DNA of 64,000 nt from Octopus vulgaris (taxonomy: Eukaryota). The stretch's first letter is position 1. Each line of letters starts with the position of its first letter. Shown piece after piece: positions 25,831 through 39,985 of the stretch. The DNA is taken from NCBI GenBank assembly GCA_951406725.2, contig OX597814.1, positions 156,922,001 through 156,986,000 of the forward strand. Reading direction: 5' to 3'. The position numbers and the translations under genes are program-made. Under the pieces are notes generated by a model that saw nothing but the letters and a program-made list of their open reading frames with translations, did no database searches and was not told where the DNA came from.

Positions 25831-26528
25831 GAAGTGGAAGGTAGCCCCCCCCCCCCTAACATCATTAATCATATTGTGCAAGCTCAACCACTTGGAGGTG
25901 ACTCAGACTTCCAACAGACTGGATTCGTCATGGTAGTCTGGTCCAGCCTACATATAACTAACTACTTATTATTTTGTTCTATCATTGATCATCTGGGAAG
26001 CAGTGTAATGGACAAGCTTAGGCTGAGTCTCTACTTGTCTTTCATGATCAGAAAGGTCACTGTTTGACCTCTTGGTCCTAAGGGGAAGAGAAACAACAGA
26101 AACCTTGAGATTATTCTCTCTCCCTCTCTCTTCCTCCTCCTCTCTCTCTTCTTCACCCTCTCTCTCTTTATCTCTTTCTTTCCTTCTCTTTCTTTGTCTC
26201 TCTCTTTCTCTCTCTCTTCCCACTCCTCTTCCACTCCCTTTGCTCCTCTTCCTCCCCCCCTCTCTCCCTATTATCTTTCATCTTTTACTTGTCTTATTCT
26301 TCAGACTGCGGCCATGGTGGTCTTGAAGGGTTTTGTTGAACAAGTCAACTCCAGTACTTACCTTTAAGCCTAGTACTTACTCTGTCTCTTTTGACTGACT
26401 GCTAAGTCACAGGGATATAAACAAACCAACACCAGGTGCCAAGCAGTGGTTGGGGACAAACACAAAAACACACACACATAGATATATGCATATCTATCTA
26501 TCTATCTCTCTATCTATCTATCTTTCTA

Positions 26529-26565
<37 letters not shown>

Positions 26566-27152
26566 ACACATATAGTTATGGTATATTCGGTAAGAGTACA
26601 GTATAAAGTATGGTATATTCTGGTAGAGAACAGTATAAAGCTCACCCACCTTCAGATTTACCTTTTGCTATCCAGTATTATAGGTACTTCCAGGTTTGTG
26701 TTTGGGTATCTGTTGAGTGTGAATAGATAATTGAAAAAAATTGGAGTCAACAAGAATGGGTATGGTTGGACATTTATTTTTTAATCACTACAATTGTTTC
26801 TGTGCAACATAGGTCTCCAAAATATTGTCTGCATAAGTTTAAAATTCGAGGTGTCAAGAACATCCTACCTGTCTATCATGGCCTGAATTTAGTAGTCACT
26901 GAGTGTATGAGGGTGTATTGTAGCTGAAGGGCTGTTGTCAAACTGATTTGAATGTGTAGATGTAGCGGGATGGCGATTCTGGTACTGTTAAAGTGGTTGC
27001 CGTTTTAAAGGGATTGATATTTTATTTCTTTGTATTGTTGATTTGTTCTTCATGGTTGGTTACACATGCGATTGTCCTGAGCTGTCCCTTAAGATTCAAC
27101 GCTCGGAGACATACATGTATCCACATGCACATGCACACACATACATATATAT

Positions 27153-27355
27153 ATTGGGTCGTCCTATAAATAATATGGTTTTCAATTGTATGAAGTAAAA
27201 GTTGGAGGGGGACAGGATAGACTACCTGCATCAACTTGCTATAAAAGCAGGTTGTAATTTTACCTTGTTCTCCATTCTACTTTGAAGAGTATAGTTCGAT
27301 TTTAACAGTTAATTTTTCAAAACTATAATGGAAGTGACAAAAGGGCATATTCAAA
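27153..27355 (+). mobile_element. Mariner left end and start of transposase
   Basis: tattgggtcgtcc end inside (TA)n; atggaagtgacaaaagggcatatt = MEVTKGHI. Confidence 0.55.
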
Positions 27356-28366
27356 GAAATCAAATGCTTAGGAAACATTTCCCTCAACACTCCAAGTGAA
27401 CATCATGCTGTGTGAGCCATGGCTCTGTCCTGTTGAAACCATAGATGTTTGGTATCCAACCCATCCAGTTTAGGGTACAAAATGTTCTCCAGCTGGCCAG
27501 AGGTAACCATTACTGTTTCATCACCTCATTCAAAAAAGTACAGGCCAATGACTCCAAAATCAGCAACTGCACACCAAATAGTTACACAAGAAGAATGAAG
27601 CGGTCTTTCATGGAATTCATGAGAACTATGTTCGGCCCAGTAGTGAAAATTCTGCTTGTTTATGATTCCATTGATATGGAAGTGGGCCTCATCGGTACTC
27701 AGAAGAATAGTTACTGTGGGAACTTGTGCAAGAATATCCACACATAGGGCTTTACGATTGTTATAATCTGTCTCAGCTAATTCTTGAACTAACATCATTT
27801 TGTAAGGATGCAGTTTCAAATCAGCATGCAGAATCCTCCTCAGACTTCAGCTAGATATTCCTAATGCTATGTTATACTTACATGCAGAATGCTTTGACAA
27901 TTGCTGAACAGATGCTGTCACTGATGCCACATTTTCTGGAGTTCTAATGGTCCTAAGTCGACCAGGAGATTTTCTTTTCAATGTGGATCCTGTTGCATGA
28001 AAGTTAGAAATCCAAAGCAAAATCGTTTTCCAGCTTGGTACAGATGCATTTTGACTGAGTGCAAAGTGTCTACGGAGCACTTGCTATTACAGACTGGTCA
28101 TTTTCATGTGCTTGAACAACAAAGCCACAATGCTCACCGGTCCAATTCATGATGGATTCTAAAAAAAGAAAGAAAATTTTTGTGTAATGAATGATGCATA
28201 TGAAAATAGTAGAACCTAAAAAGGAAAGAAGTTTCTGAGTAATTAATGATGAATACAAAAATGGTAGATCTTAGTCTTCCAAATGAAACCTGTCTCGCCT
28301 CTCTACTTTTACTTATTTCCACATTGTGCCTCCTTCAAATGTGGAAGACCTTTATGCTTCACCCTG
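27356..28366 (-). mobile_element. Decayed Tc1/mariner-superfamily transposase (DDD type)
   Basis: KLHPYK..VQEL, STDEAHFHINGIINKQN..YW, PLHS..VTIWC, FQQD, GRLRTIRTPENV. Confidence 0.85.
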
Positions 28367-28401
28367 CACAAGGGAAAAAAATAATGATATCAGTATACCT
28401 A

Positions 28402-29030
28402 TACCACAGGTACAACAGAAAGAGCTTTGTAGCTATCAAACGACCTTAGTGGGGTTGCACAAAGAGGAAATGGAGTAAGTCCTCAGCGAGAGCTGAGGCC
28501 AGCAATGACCAATCAGGTCAAAGGTAGGACAAAAGAGAACAGCACCACCTTAGCCGGACACCAGTCAAGTAGTAAGCAAGGGAGGCAAACAAGGGCAGAA
28601 AGAGAGGGTAAGAGTGGAGAAAGAGATAGAGTAAGAGCAGAGCTGGGAAAAGATAGAGTAAGAGGGAAAGAGGGGGAGACAGAGAGTGAGAGAGAACAAA
28701 AAAGAAGGGGAGACACAGAGAGAAAAGAAAGGTGCAAGGGTGGAAAAAGAGATGGAGTAAGAGTAGAGATGAGAGGAGACACAGTAAGAGTAGAGATGGA
28801 GTTAAGAGTGGCACAAGAATATTCAAGGAATAATTTTTACAATCAAGTTCACAAACAGGGTGTGCGTTTCACTACATGTATGTATCAAGGGTTGAACAGA
28901 AAGAAAACAAGATGTTAGATGAAAGCAGTAGCCTTGGCTCCCACTGTGTTCTCTAGGACTGTTTCGTCTTTGTGCAACCCCACTAAGGTCGTTTGGTAGC
29001 AGTGATGCTCTTTCTGCTATATTTGTGGTA
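28402..29030. mobile_element. MITE-like element with ~80-bp TIRs and purine-rich interior
   Basis: aaacgaccttagtggggttgcacaa mirrored by ttgtgcaaccccactaaggtcgttt; ends ataccaca/tgtggtat. Confidence 0.65.
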
Positions 29031-29032
29031 TG

Positions 29033-29253
29033 CTCTTACTCTTTACTCTTTTACTTGTTTCAGTCATTTGACTGTGGCCATGCTGGAGCACCACCTTTAG
29101 TCGAGCAAATCGACCCCAGGACTTATTCTTTGTAAGCCTAGTACTTATTCTATCGGGCTCTTTTGCCGAACCGCTAAGTTACAGGGACATAAACACACCA
29201 GCATCAGTTGTGAAGTGATGTTGTGGGGGACAAACACAGACACACAAACATAT

Positions 29254-29293
<40 letters not shown>

Positions 29294-29455
29294 GATGGGT
29301 TTCTTTCAGTTTCTGTCTACCAAATCCACTCACAAGGCTTTGGTCAGCCCGAGGCTATAGTAGAAGACACTTGCCCAAGGTGTCACGCAGTGGGACTGAA
29401 CCTGTAACCATGTGGTCAGTAAGCAAGCTACTTACCACACTGCCACTCCTACGCC
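29033..29455 (-). mobile_element. SINE family A, full length
   Basis: Reverse complement of family A. Confidence 0.9.
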
Positions 29456-30529
29456 TATAAGTTGTTTATACCCAATCACTCTCTTTCTCTTTTCTAAAAT
29501 GAGAATAGTCATGTAGCCTCTTGACATTTGCCCAGGGAGCCACACAGTGGGACTGAACATGAAACCATGTGATCGAGAAACAAACTTCTTACCAAACAGC
29601 CATGCCAGCACATGTAATGACAAAAGCTATAAACATCAGTGAAGAAAACAAAGACAAACAAATAGTGCTTCATGAACAAAGTCCCTTAAGATATTTGTTC
29701 AGCATCGAGTTAAATACTACATTCCCTTATCATCCTTAGTATCAGAGTTGCAGCAAATCAGTGACTGCACCACTGAAAAGCTCTAACCAATGATATTGTT
29801 TACTAACGATGATATAAAATATATAAAGTAAAATAAAATAACATGACTACTAAAAGTCATTTTGTCTGATACTTTACTGATTCTGCCATCTTCTGCCCTA
29901 ATTGCTCTCAAAACTTCGACCACACTACCATTAGCTTTTGAACTTCCAAGAGAAATTGAAAGTCTTTTATTTTCTTAGATGTTGGATATCATTTTCTAAT
30001 CCTCTGAAAATATATTCTTAACATCTTCTGGTAAACGGTTAATTGAAGTCACTCTTTTATGGGGAAACAGGGCTATAGCTGAACAATGCAATGATTTAGC
30101 AATGATGATGATGAAGATGATGGTGATGATGATGATGATGATGACGATGATGGTGGTGCTGACGACGACGATGATGATCATCGTCCTTCTGGTGGCTATG
30201 ATGATAATTACAGCCATTGTTGCTGGCAAGGTGGTGGAATCATTACAGCAGTGAAAAAACAGTCATTGCAGCATAAACGCAAGAATGAAATTTGCTTAGT
30301 GGATGCAAACCCAGGAATAACATTTTTAACAAACAAGGTCGATTTTTTCAATCTTGATATCAAAACAAACACAGGTACAATAATAATTAGTATCATATTT
30401 GTACATCAAGTGAGTTTAAATTCTGTTGTGGTCAACGTTGCCTTTCATCCTTTTGTTTCAGGGTTGATAAATTAAGTACCAGTGGAACACTGGGTCGATG
30501 TGATTGACTACTCCCCTTCCTGACTCTGC

Positions 30530-33335
30530 TAGCTAGATCGATTTCATTCCCACCAGACAGCACAATGCATGGTTGCTCTTAAATTCAAAGACCCTCCCTG
30601 GTGAAGAATGCAACCCCACCAACATAGACTAATTATTAGTGACTTTAGACTAGAGGCCAGAAGGATGCCAAAAAGCTGACCAATCTGGAAAAGAAGGACT
30701 TGGAAGCTTAGGACCCTTCACATGGTCAGAGATTTAGGGATATCATTACTGAGAAATTTGATGATAGAGAAGAGGAGCTACAGTCCTGTGACATAGAAGT
30801 CAGCTGGAAATTCCTGCGAGACAGCTTGCTGAGTGCCACAGACCAAATCTGTGGCTGGTGCAAAGTCCCTTCTAGATCCGGGGTAACATGATGGTGGAAC
30901 AATACAATAGACAGGGCCATTAAAGCAAAGCAACAGGCTTGGAATGCCTGGAAGAGTGAGGGTAGCAGAATATTGTATCAGATAGCCAAAAGGGAAGCTA
31001 AGAGACAGGTATATATAGCCAAGGGAGTAGCAGAAAAGAAGAAGTTTTCCAATGTTCGGTGACATCAGGACCAAAGAACTGAAGTATTTTGGATTGTAAG
31101 ACAGTGTGCGAGAAAAAAACCATGATGTCGTAGGAGAGAAATGTATCCGCATGGATGATGGTGCCCTTGTGTTTAATGATTCTGCAAAAAAAAAGAGGCT
31201 TGGAGAAGCCATTATGGAAGACTGCTGAATGTGGAGAATGAATGGGAATAGGAGAGTCAACTAAAAGTTGACCTAATTGAGGGACCAGCTATCCGAATCA
31301 ACAGCGCCCAGGTAGATAAAGCAATTAAGGATATGAAGACAGAGCAAGCACCTGGCCCATCAGGAATCACTACTGGGATGCTTAAAATATCGGGCAGTGT
31401 GGGTTTTTGTTATAGTCAGCTGCATCATAAATCAGGTAGTTCATGAAGTAGTCATACCCAATGGCTGGTGTAGCAGTACCAAAGGAAAAGGTGATGCTTT
31501 AGACAGAAATAACTATAGTTGTATCAAATTATTGGATCAGGTGATGAAAGTTACAGAGAGGGTCATAGCCCAACTAATTAGGGAAAGAGTTAGCCTAGAT
31601 GAGATGCAGTTTGGTTTTGTACCAGGCAGAAGTACCACTGATGCTATATTTCTGGTAAGGTAACTGCAGGAGAAATACATAGCCAAAGATAAAACTCTGT
31701 ACCTGGTTTTTGTTGACTTGGAGAAAGCCTTTGACAGGGTCCCTCGATTCCTTATGTGGTGATCAATGCAGAAACTGGGGATAAGCGAGTGGTTGGTGCG
31801 AGCTGTACAAGCCCTGTACAGGGATTCTGGCAGTAAGGTGATGGTTGGCAATGAGTATATTGAAGAAATTTGAGTAGAAGTAGGCATTCACCAAGGATCA
31901 GTCCTCAGCCCCCTCTTATTTATCACAGTTCTCCAGGCAATAACAGAGGAATTCAGGACAGGCTGCCCCTGGGAGCTCCTCTATGCTGATGACCTTGCTC
32001 TAATAGTTGAGTCACTGCCATAACTAGAGACAAAGTTTAGGGTGTGGAAGCAAGGTCTAGAATCGAAGGGCCTTAGGGTTAACCTAGCAAAAACCAAAGT
32101 CTTAGTAAGTAAGAAGGCTGTCAAATCACAACCCACTTCAGGTAGATGGCCCTGCTCAATCTGTAGAAAAGGTATGGGTAGAAACTCCATTAAATGTATC
32201 CAGTGTAAGCTATGGACACATTAATGGTGCAGCAATATCAAAGGCAGGTTAACTGGGAAAATAGTTTTTGTGTGTGGCAGATGCACTAGGGCAATAAACA
32301 CTGAAGGTGTACAGAAAGCAGATTCCATCACATGCCAGGGGAAGAAACTTGAAGTAGTTAATAGTTTTTGCTGCATAGGCGACCAAGTCTGTAGTGGGGG
32401 TAGCTGCTCTGAGAGTGTAGCGGCTAGAGTAAGAATATCCTGGGCAAAGTTCAGCGAGCTCCTACCTCTGCTGGCAACTAAGGGCCTCTCGCTCAGGATG
32501 AAAGGTAGACTGTATGATGCATGTGTGCAAACTACCATGCTACATGGCAGTGAAACAAGGGCCATGACAGCTGACAACATGTGTAGGCTTGAAAGAAATG
32601 AAGCTAGTATGATCTGCTGGATGTGTAATGCCAGTGTGCATACATGACAGTGTAAGTGCCCTGAGAGAAAAGTTGGGTATAAGAAGCATCAGATGTGGTG
32701 TGCAACAGAGGTATCTGTGCTGGTATGGTCATGTGTTATGAATGAAGGAAAAACAGCTGTGCGAAGAAGTGCCACTCGCTTACTGTAGAAGGAACCTGTG
32801 GAAGAGATAGACCCAGGAAGACATAGGATGAGATGGTGAAGCATGACCTTTGAACATTGGGCCTCATAGAAGCAATCAAGGGAGACCAGTACCTTTGGAG
32901 ATATGCTGTGATTGAGAAGACCTGGCAAGTAAAGTGAGATTGCAGCCATACATGTCCAGCCCTGTTAAGAACACTCCTGATGCGTTGGCGATATGATATG
33001 CTTGAGAAGACCTGTTGAGTCAAGTAAAACCAATATCGTAGCTGTGGCCAGTGACCCCTGACTAGCTCCTGTGCTGGTGGTATGTAAAAAGCACCATCCA
33101 AACATGATCGATGCCATGCCCTGACTGGCTCCCATGCTGGTGGAACGTAAAAATCACCACTACACTCTCAGACTGGTTGGTGTTAGGAAGGGCATCCAGC
33201 TGTAGGAACATTGCCAGATCGGATTTGAGCCTGGTGCTGCCAATGGCTCTCCAGACCTCAGTCAAACTGTCCAACCCAAGCCTGCATAGAAAACGGACAT
33301 TAAACGATGACGATGATGATGATGATGATGATGAT
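30530..33335 (+). mobile_element. Degraded 5'-truncated RTE LINE (RT, PHD-like insert, 3' UTR, (GAT)n tail)
   Basis: QFGFVPGRSTTDAIF, DLEKAFDRV, YADDL, WPCSIC..C..C..W.H; multiple stops. Confidence 0.92.
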
Positions 33336-34611
33336 ATTTGTACATTAATCAAATCACTTAAATCCAATAATGAAAAAGTGATGCTTCCACACTTGTATAG
33401 CTTGGCAATGATGATGTTTAAGAGGATGCCCTAATCATTTTCATTGCCCCCTAAACATTTAGGGATTGTGCTTGCACCTCATGCACTCCTTGTTTCTGAG
33501 ACTATTCTTTGTAGCCTTTGTCCCATGATACATGTTCTGAATCCAATCTTGCAGAAGTCAACTTTACCTTTTAATATTGATAAAATAAGATACCAGTCAA
33601 GTACTGGGTTTGATGATGTTGACTAACCACCCTCTCTGCAAAATTGCTGGCTTTGTACCTAAATCAGAAACCATTGTTTATGTTGATGTTTAGCCCCAGA
33701 TCAACTTACTGTGCATGCCATTCCAGCTGTAGCCATTCCATCTTTTAAGCAGTCTCTAATGGTATACATTGTATAATGTATACATTGTATAATGTATACA
33801 TTGTATAATGTGGCTTTTCCTTTTTTTTTTAAGAGTAGTGTCCTGTTTGAAGGGGATTGGAATGCTATATCTAGAGATCATTTAGAGGTGCCATTTTTAG
33901 CTCACGATGGTGATGACTGAATGATGATGATGATGATAAAGATGGTGATGATGACAACGATGATGGTGATGATAATAATGATGGTGATGATGATAATGAT
34001 GACAATGATGATGACGATGAGAACAATGTATTGAATAGAATCCTTACAATATTTTGCTCCTATATCATAGAACTAATCCACTGAAATGAATCTTTATAAT
34101 ATCCTTGCTCTTGGCTATATGAAGAAGTAATTACTGCATTTACAGGCTTTGGAGGTGCAATCTTTTTCCTAAAATAAGTCTTGAAAATTTACCACGCTTC
34201 CAGAAGGATGCAAGTTACAAGTTTTCCTACTTTAAACTTACCTTCTGTCCATATTGTTAAAATCAGTAAAAGAAAAAAAATATGGACAATAAGTGATTAA
34301 CAGGATCTATATCTATATGTCACTAAACTACTAAGACATTTGGTAAAGATATGTGAAATTGCTGAGGTCTTAAGGTTTATGTTTATCTTTATTTCAAAAT
34401 TAGAATGCAACTTGGAGATCAGCATGTCCTTAATGCTAGGAAATATGGTAAATGTCCTAAAATAAAGTGTATATACATACACACATAAATACACACACAC
34501 ATACAGACACACATGCACTCATACATGTGCACACACAAACACACCTATATACATCATACACAACTGTATGTCCTGGCTACTATTTGTTATAAAATATTTT
34601 TGTGGTGTGGA

Positions 34612-35040
34612 GGTACAGGCATGGCTGTGTGGTAAGAAGTTTGCTTCCCAACCACATGGTCCTAGGTTCAGTCCCACTGTGTAGCACCTTGGGCAAGTGT
34701 CTTCTACTATAGCTTTGGATTGACCAAAGCCTTGTGAATAGATTTGGTAGATGGAAACTGAAAGAAGCCTGTTATATATATACACATGTGTGTGTGTGTG
34801 TGTGTATGTGCATGTCTGTGTTTGTGTATGTCTTTGTATTTGTGTTTGTCCTCCACCACTGCTTGACCTACTGTGTTGGGGTGTTTACATCCCCGTAACT
34901 CAAAAGAGACTGATAGAATATGTACTAGGCTTTAAAAAAAGTCCCAAGGTCGATTTGTTCAATTAAAACCCTTCAAGGTGGTGCCCCAGTATGGCCAGAG
35001 TCAAATTACTGAAACAAATAAAAACTAAACGATAAAAGAT
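34612..35040 (+). mobile_element. SINE family A, diverged
   Basis: Head, central microsatellite and tail all recognisable. Confidence 0.85.
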
Positions 35041-35684
35041 ATGAAAATTCAAAAGCAGTGTTCTAATCTTTTTCTAAGGAAGACATTATTTCAACTATTA
35101 TTTTTTAACTTTTTAGCAATATGTTTTGCTTGGACAAGGTTGTTCATTACTACCATCATCATCACTATTTTACAATCAATTTTCCACACTTGCATGGATT
35201 GGCTGGGATTTATTGAGGTCAATTTTCAAAAGGTGGATGTCGTTGCTGTCACTAGCCTTCATTTGTTTTCAAGTGATTGAACATTTTACACAAAAAACTG
35301 GAAATGAAAGACACCACTTGTATAACAATGACACTTGCTTACAACTACTATGTGATGTCAAGACAAGGGGACACAATAATGCATACACAGTAACACTCCC
35401 ATATGTACACAATCATATGTGTGAATAGATGAGGACATGTGTATGCTATGTAAAAAAAGTGCCAATCTCTGATTGTGGAGGGAAACTGTGGAAGAGGTAG
35501 ACTCAGGAAGACATGGGATGAGGTGGTGAAATATGATCTTTGGCTGAGTCTCATGGAGGCAATGACAAATGACTGAGACTTCTTAGTTTCTTTTTTGCTT
35601 CCATATTTGTTGTTCAAATGAAACATATTGAAATTTAGTTTGGTATAATAATCATTTTCAGTACAGTGTAATATAGTGTTTATG

Positions 35685-36624
35685 TTAGTTAGTTAGTTAG
35701 TTAGTTAATTTGGCTCAAAAGCAAATAGCAAGGCCATGTAGGGGGACATGGAGTTAAGTACAGGGTGGTGTTCATGTAAAGAGTTCAGGCCACTTGAGGT
35801 CCAGGGAGGCTTTGAACAAAGCGGTCGTCGGCATCTTCACCATCTCGTCTGGCAGCTTGTTCCACGGATCCGCAACCCGGACGGAGAAAGCTCCTCTCCT
35901 TCGATTGAGATGAAATCGTTGCAGGTAGAGCTTTTCGGAATGACCCCGCAGCCGACGCTCCGGAGCAGGAGTGAAGAACAGCTCTTTCGAGAGGTTACAC
36001 TTCTTGCTTATGATGTTGTGGGCGAGAATGAGATCACCACAGCGGCGGCGTTTTTCAAGAGAATAAAGGTCGAGCGTCCTCAGCCTTTCTTCGTAGGACA
36101 AATTTTTGAGACCATGAACCATGCGGGTAGCCAGCTTCTGGACTCTTTCAAGATGCTGTATGTCTTTGAGGAGATTAGGAGAAGAGGCTTGAATCCCATA
36201 CTCCAATATGGGTCTCACCAGCGTGACATAGAGTGGCAGGAATATGGCTGCTGTGAGCATTCCGAATGACCGTCGAATCAAAAACAGAATTCCGCGCGCT
36301 TTGTTGGCAGCATGGACGCACTGGGCCGAAGGCGAAAAGGAGGAATCCACCAAGATACCCAGGTCCTTTACCTGATCGGTCCTCTCCAGCAGCAGACGAC
36401 CCGGCTCGAAATCAAGTTGAGTTGCAGGAGTAGAGCCGACAGGCAGATGACAGCACTTTGACACGTTCAGACACAGGTCCCAATCGTTAGACCACTTCCA
36501 AATTTGGTGGAGGCATCGACGAAGATCCTCTATACTACCGCGGGGAGCGACCAGTTTGATATCGTCGGCAAATAGAAGGGTGTGTTGCGTGAGGTCGTCG
36601 GGCAAGTCATTTATGAAGACTATT
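35685..36624 (-). mobile_element. Young 5'-truncated CR1-clade LINE with open RT C-terminal frame and (TAAC)n tail
   Basis: ORF 35772-36605: FADDIKL, KDLGI, LVRPILEY, LERVQK.ATR, LRGH, F.VRV..WNKLP; no stops; CpG-rich. Confidence 0.92.
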
Positions 36625-38279
36625 GCAGTATAGTGTAATAGTATTAATAGTATTCGCTGTTGTTTAGATCAAAGTTAGTCTTTATCAAGCCAAATCTATG
36701 ATAAAAGTTGTTTCAAATGTAATTACCTTGTTATGGAGCATATTTATCCAATGGGCTATGTTATCATGGTCCATATTTTCCAATGCATCCTTTTTATAAT
36801 GAAGGTAATGAGTGATCTGTGTGTAGCTGCTATTTCCAGCAGCCTATGTAGACGCATTCTTGTTGGTTCAAAAATAGATGCATATAGAATCTGGATTTTC
36901 TTAGGAATTATATCCAGCCATTGAACTATGCCCTGGAGCTATCATATTCTGTCAATCTATCCAACCTGCATTAGCATGGAATATGGATGTTAAATAATGA
37001 TAATGATGGTTACTCATCTAGGTACTAATCTGGATCAACTTTGCCTTACTTTGGTGATTGGAGAGTTAACATTTTCAACATATGGCCATTAGCTATTGTT
37101 TGTTTCAGTATAATGTTATGTGGCATGTTTCTTCAAGGAGATAAAATGAACACAACAAATATAAATGAAACAAATGGTATGCAAAACAAATACTAAGATC
37201 AGCAGAAAATCAGTTAATAATGATAGAAAATATAAAAAGACAACAATGTAAGTTTATACCAAATATCCTTTAAAAATATCTTAAATTGAAAAAAAAAATG
37301 TAAGCAACTTAAAATTTTGTTAGTTTTTTTCTAAATATTTCAATTAATTAGAATTAAGTTTTAAAAGAATATGTACACAAGACCATTATAATGGTATTTT
37401 CATGGCGTTACTAGGCAACAGAGACATAGAAATTCAAGCAGATATGTAATATATTAAGCAGAATAAAATTCTGTGTAGACAAGCTCAAGCAATGATTGAT
37501 ACATATATACACATGACAACTTTAAAACAATGGGAAAAAAGTAGTGAGTATGAAAATCAAAATGTATGCTACACAAAACCTGCAGAATTATATGATAGCA
37601 TTCATTGTTTAATCAAAACTGAAGGAAAAATTTTAGACAAGGAATATCATGAGAATAAATATAATAAAGATTGAAACAATAAAGAAAATACAAAAATACT
37701 GAATGTAAGTAGAGATCTGATTGAAGATAGCAAACAAAAATAGTTGAGTTAGCACTGGTTGAACTTCCAGAACTGTAGCTTTGTCAAGTGTAAATTGATA
37801 CTATGCATTATTGAATACCAATTGAATGAGGTTTTATGTAAATTTGAAAAATATGAAACATGAAATTAGATCCATCTAGATTATTGTAACTCCTGAACTA
37901 AAGCTGAGATTTCATATATAAACCTGGGAAAACATTCAAATAAAGAGAGATGTCAACAGCCTGTTTACTTAAGGTTGTTGTATTATGATTATGTGCTTTT
38001 TTAAAAAATATATATATAATATAATGAATTTATTGTATCCAGTGCTTAGGTGCATTGCAACTCATCAGAAAAAGTAATCAAAACTACATGAACAATACAT
38101 AGAATATGCACAGGAAGTGAGCAGTGAATAAATCTTCAAAAAAAAAAAAAAATTTTTTTCTTTTCACAGATTTTTGAATGGTTTTATTTGTTTCTTTTAA
38201 ATATTGGGATAGTATTTTAGTAAATTTTCAGTTAGCTTCATAATTTTGATAACTTCATCTTTGGAGTTATAAGTCGTTT

Positions 38280-39310
38280 TGTTGGTTGCTCACTCAGCTG
38301 TGCCCCACACATAATAATCAAGGGGTTGCAGTCTGGGGAGTTAGGTGGCTAGATGTCATGGGTGATGTGGTTGCAGAAATTATCTGACAGCCATGACTGG
38401 GTTCTCCTGCTTGTGTAGGATGGTGCAGGGTCTTGATGTCAGACATAGGGCCTTCCAGTAGTCACCTTCTTGACTCAGAGCAGTACTACTTCATCCAGGC
38501 ACTTGATGTAGGACTCCGTGTTGAGTCTGAGGCTGTGTGGGAAGATGAATGGAGGCATAACATCACCATCACTAGTAATCACTCCAAACACTATGATGTT
38601 GACTGGATGTTTGATTTTGATTTTTATCACTCTTAGAACATGTTTAGGGGACATGGCAAGCCCATGGTTGTTCTGTGTGTTCACCATCTTATCCTTGCAG
38701 AAAGTTTTTTTGTCTAAGAAAAACCAAAGCATGTTCAGTTGGAGGGGATGATAAAGTTTGTTCAAAAGCTTCATAGTGTGGTCTTTCCTCTTGCCCTTGA
38801 TAGCTTGGGATAAAAATTGACCCTTTCTCATCTTGTATGAGGAATACCGAATGTCTTCATGCACTACCTGCCTGATATGTAACTTGGACACTCCCATGGG
38901 CAATGAACCTGACTGACTTGGAAGGATCATTGTCAATCACGGCTTGGATCTCAGCAACAAATTCAGTTTTTCTTTTCTTATCAGAATGATCAGAGTGAGT
39001 TTTCTGAGCTGTTGTACCTTTGTTATCAACCATTAGATTTATCCAACTCTTTCTGAATCCTCTGCACTGTCCTCAGATTGACACCCAAACACTCTGAAAT
39101 ATTCGTATTGGAGCTTCCAGCATGAATGTCAAGCAGTATAGCATGTCGTTTCCAAATTTCTGGCAGCATGAATTGCATCATGATGCTGTTTTACTCAGAC
39201 AGTGCCCAGTTTACCCTACTATATTATGTAGTCAACAGAATCAAAAACAAACAATGCACATGCACGAAATAAAAAATATAAAATGGTGACAATTTACCCA
39301 TCACACCCTA
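38280..39310 (-). mobile_element. Decayed maT/DD37D-like transposon
   Basis: SYKMRKGQFLS, KHPVNIIVFGVITSDGDVMPPFIF, PNSPDCNPLDYYVWG. Confidence 0.8.
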
Positions 39311-39317
39311 TGTGTGT

Positions 39318-39985
39318 ATCATCATCATTTAGCGTCCGTTTTCCATGCTAGCATGGGTTGGACGGTTTAACTGGGGTCTGTGAAGCCAGAAGGCTTCATC
39401 AGGCCCAGTCAGATTTGGCAGTGTTTCTACGGCTGGATGCCCTTCCTAATGCCAACCACTCCGTGAGTGTAGTGGGTGCTTTTTACATGCCACCTGCACA
39501 GGTGCCAGACAGAGCTGGCAAACGGCCATGAATGGATGGTGTTTTTACGTGCCACCGGCATGGGGGCCAGGCGAAGCTGGCAACGGACACGAGCAGATGG
39601 TGCTTTTACGTGCCAACGGCACGGGGGCCAGGCGAGGCTGGCAATGGACATGAACGGATGGTGCTTTTACGTGCCAATGGCACGGGGGCCAGGCGAGGCT
39701 GGCAATGGACACGAGCGGATGGTGCTTTTACGTGCCAACGGCACGGGGGCCAGGCGAGGCTGGCAATGGACACAAACGGATGGTACTTTTACGTGCTACC
39801 AGCACGGGGGCCAGGCGAGACTGGCAACGGACACGAGCGGAGCGGATGGTGCTTTTACGTGCCAATGGCACGGGGGCCATGCAAGGCTGGCAACGGACAA
39901 ACGAACGGATGGTTCGCTTAACCACAGCTGCAATTTCCACTGATGTTGATTTGGTTTGATTTTGACTGTTCTCACTCAAAATCAT
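39318..39985 (-). mobile_element. RTE 3' UTR insertion with ~7 tandem 61-bp modules
   Basis: Unit ggatggtgcttttacgtgccaacggcacgggggccaggcgaggctggcaatggacacgagc recurs at ~61-bp spacing over 39490-39910; (CAT)n tail at left. Confidence 0.88.

Noticed and set aside
25326-25887. Long His/Asp/Ile/Met-rich ORFs
   Set aside because: Products of trinucleotide low-complexity DNA; the same applies to YI/CV/MYVC ORFs in microsatellites throughout.
26785-26855. Minus-strand GAAACAATTGTAGTG hammerhead 3' half
   Set aside because: No matching 5' core found.
37407-37419. RFX X-box-like GTTACTAGGCAAC
   Set aside because: A single short motif without promoter context could occur by chance in 64 kb.
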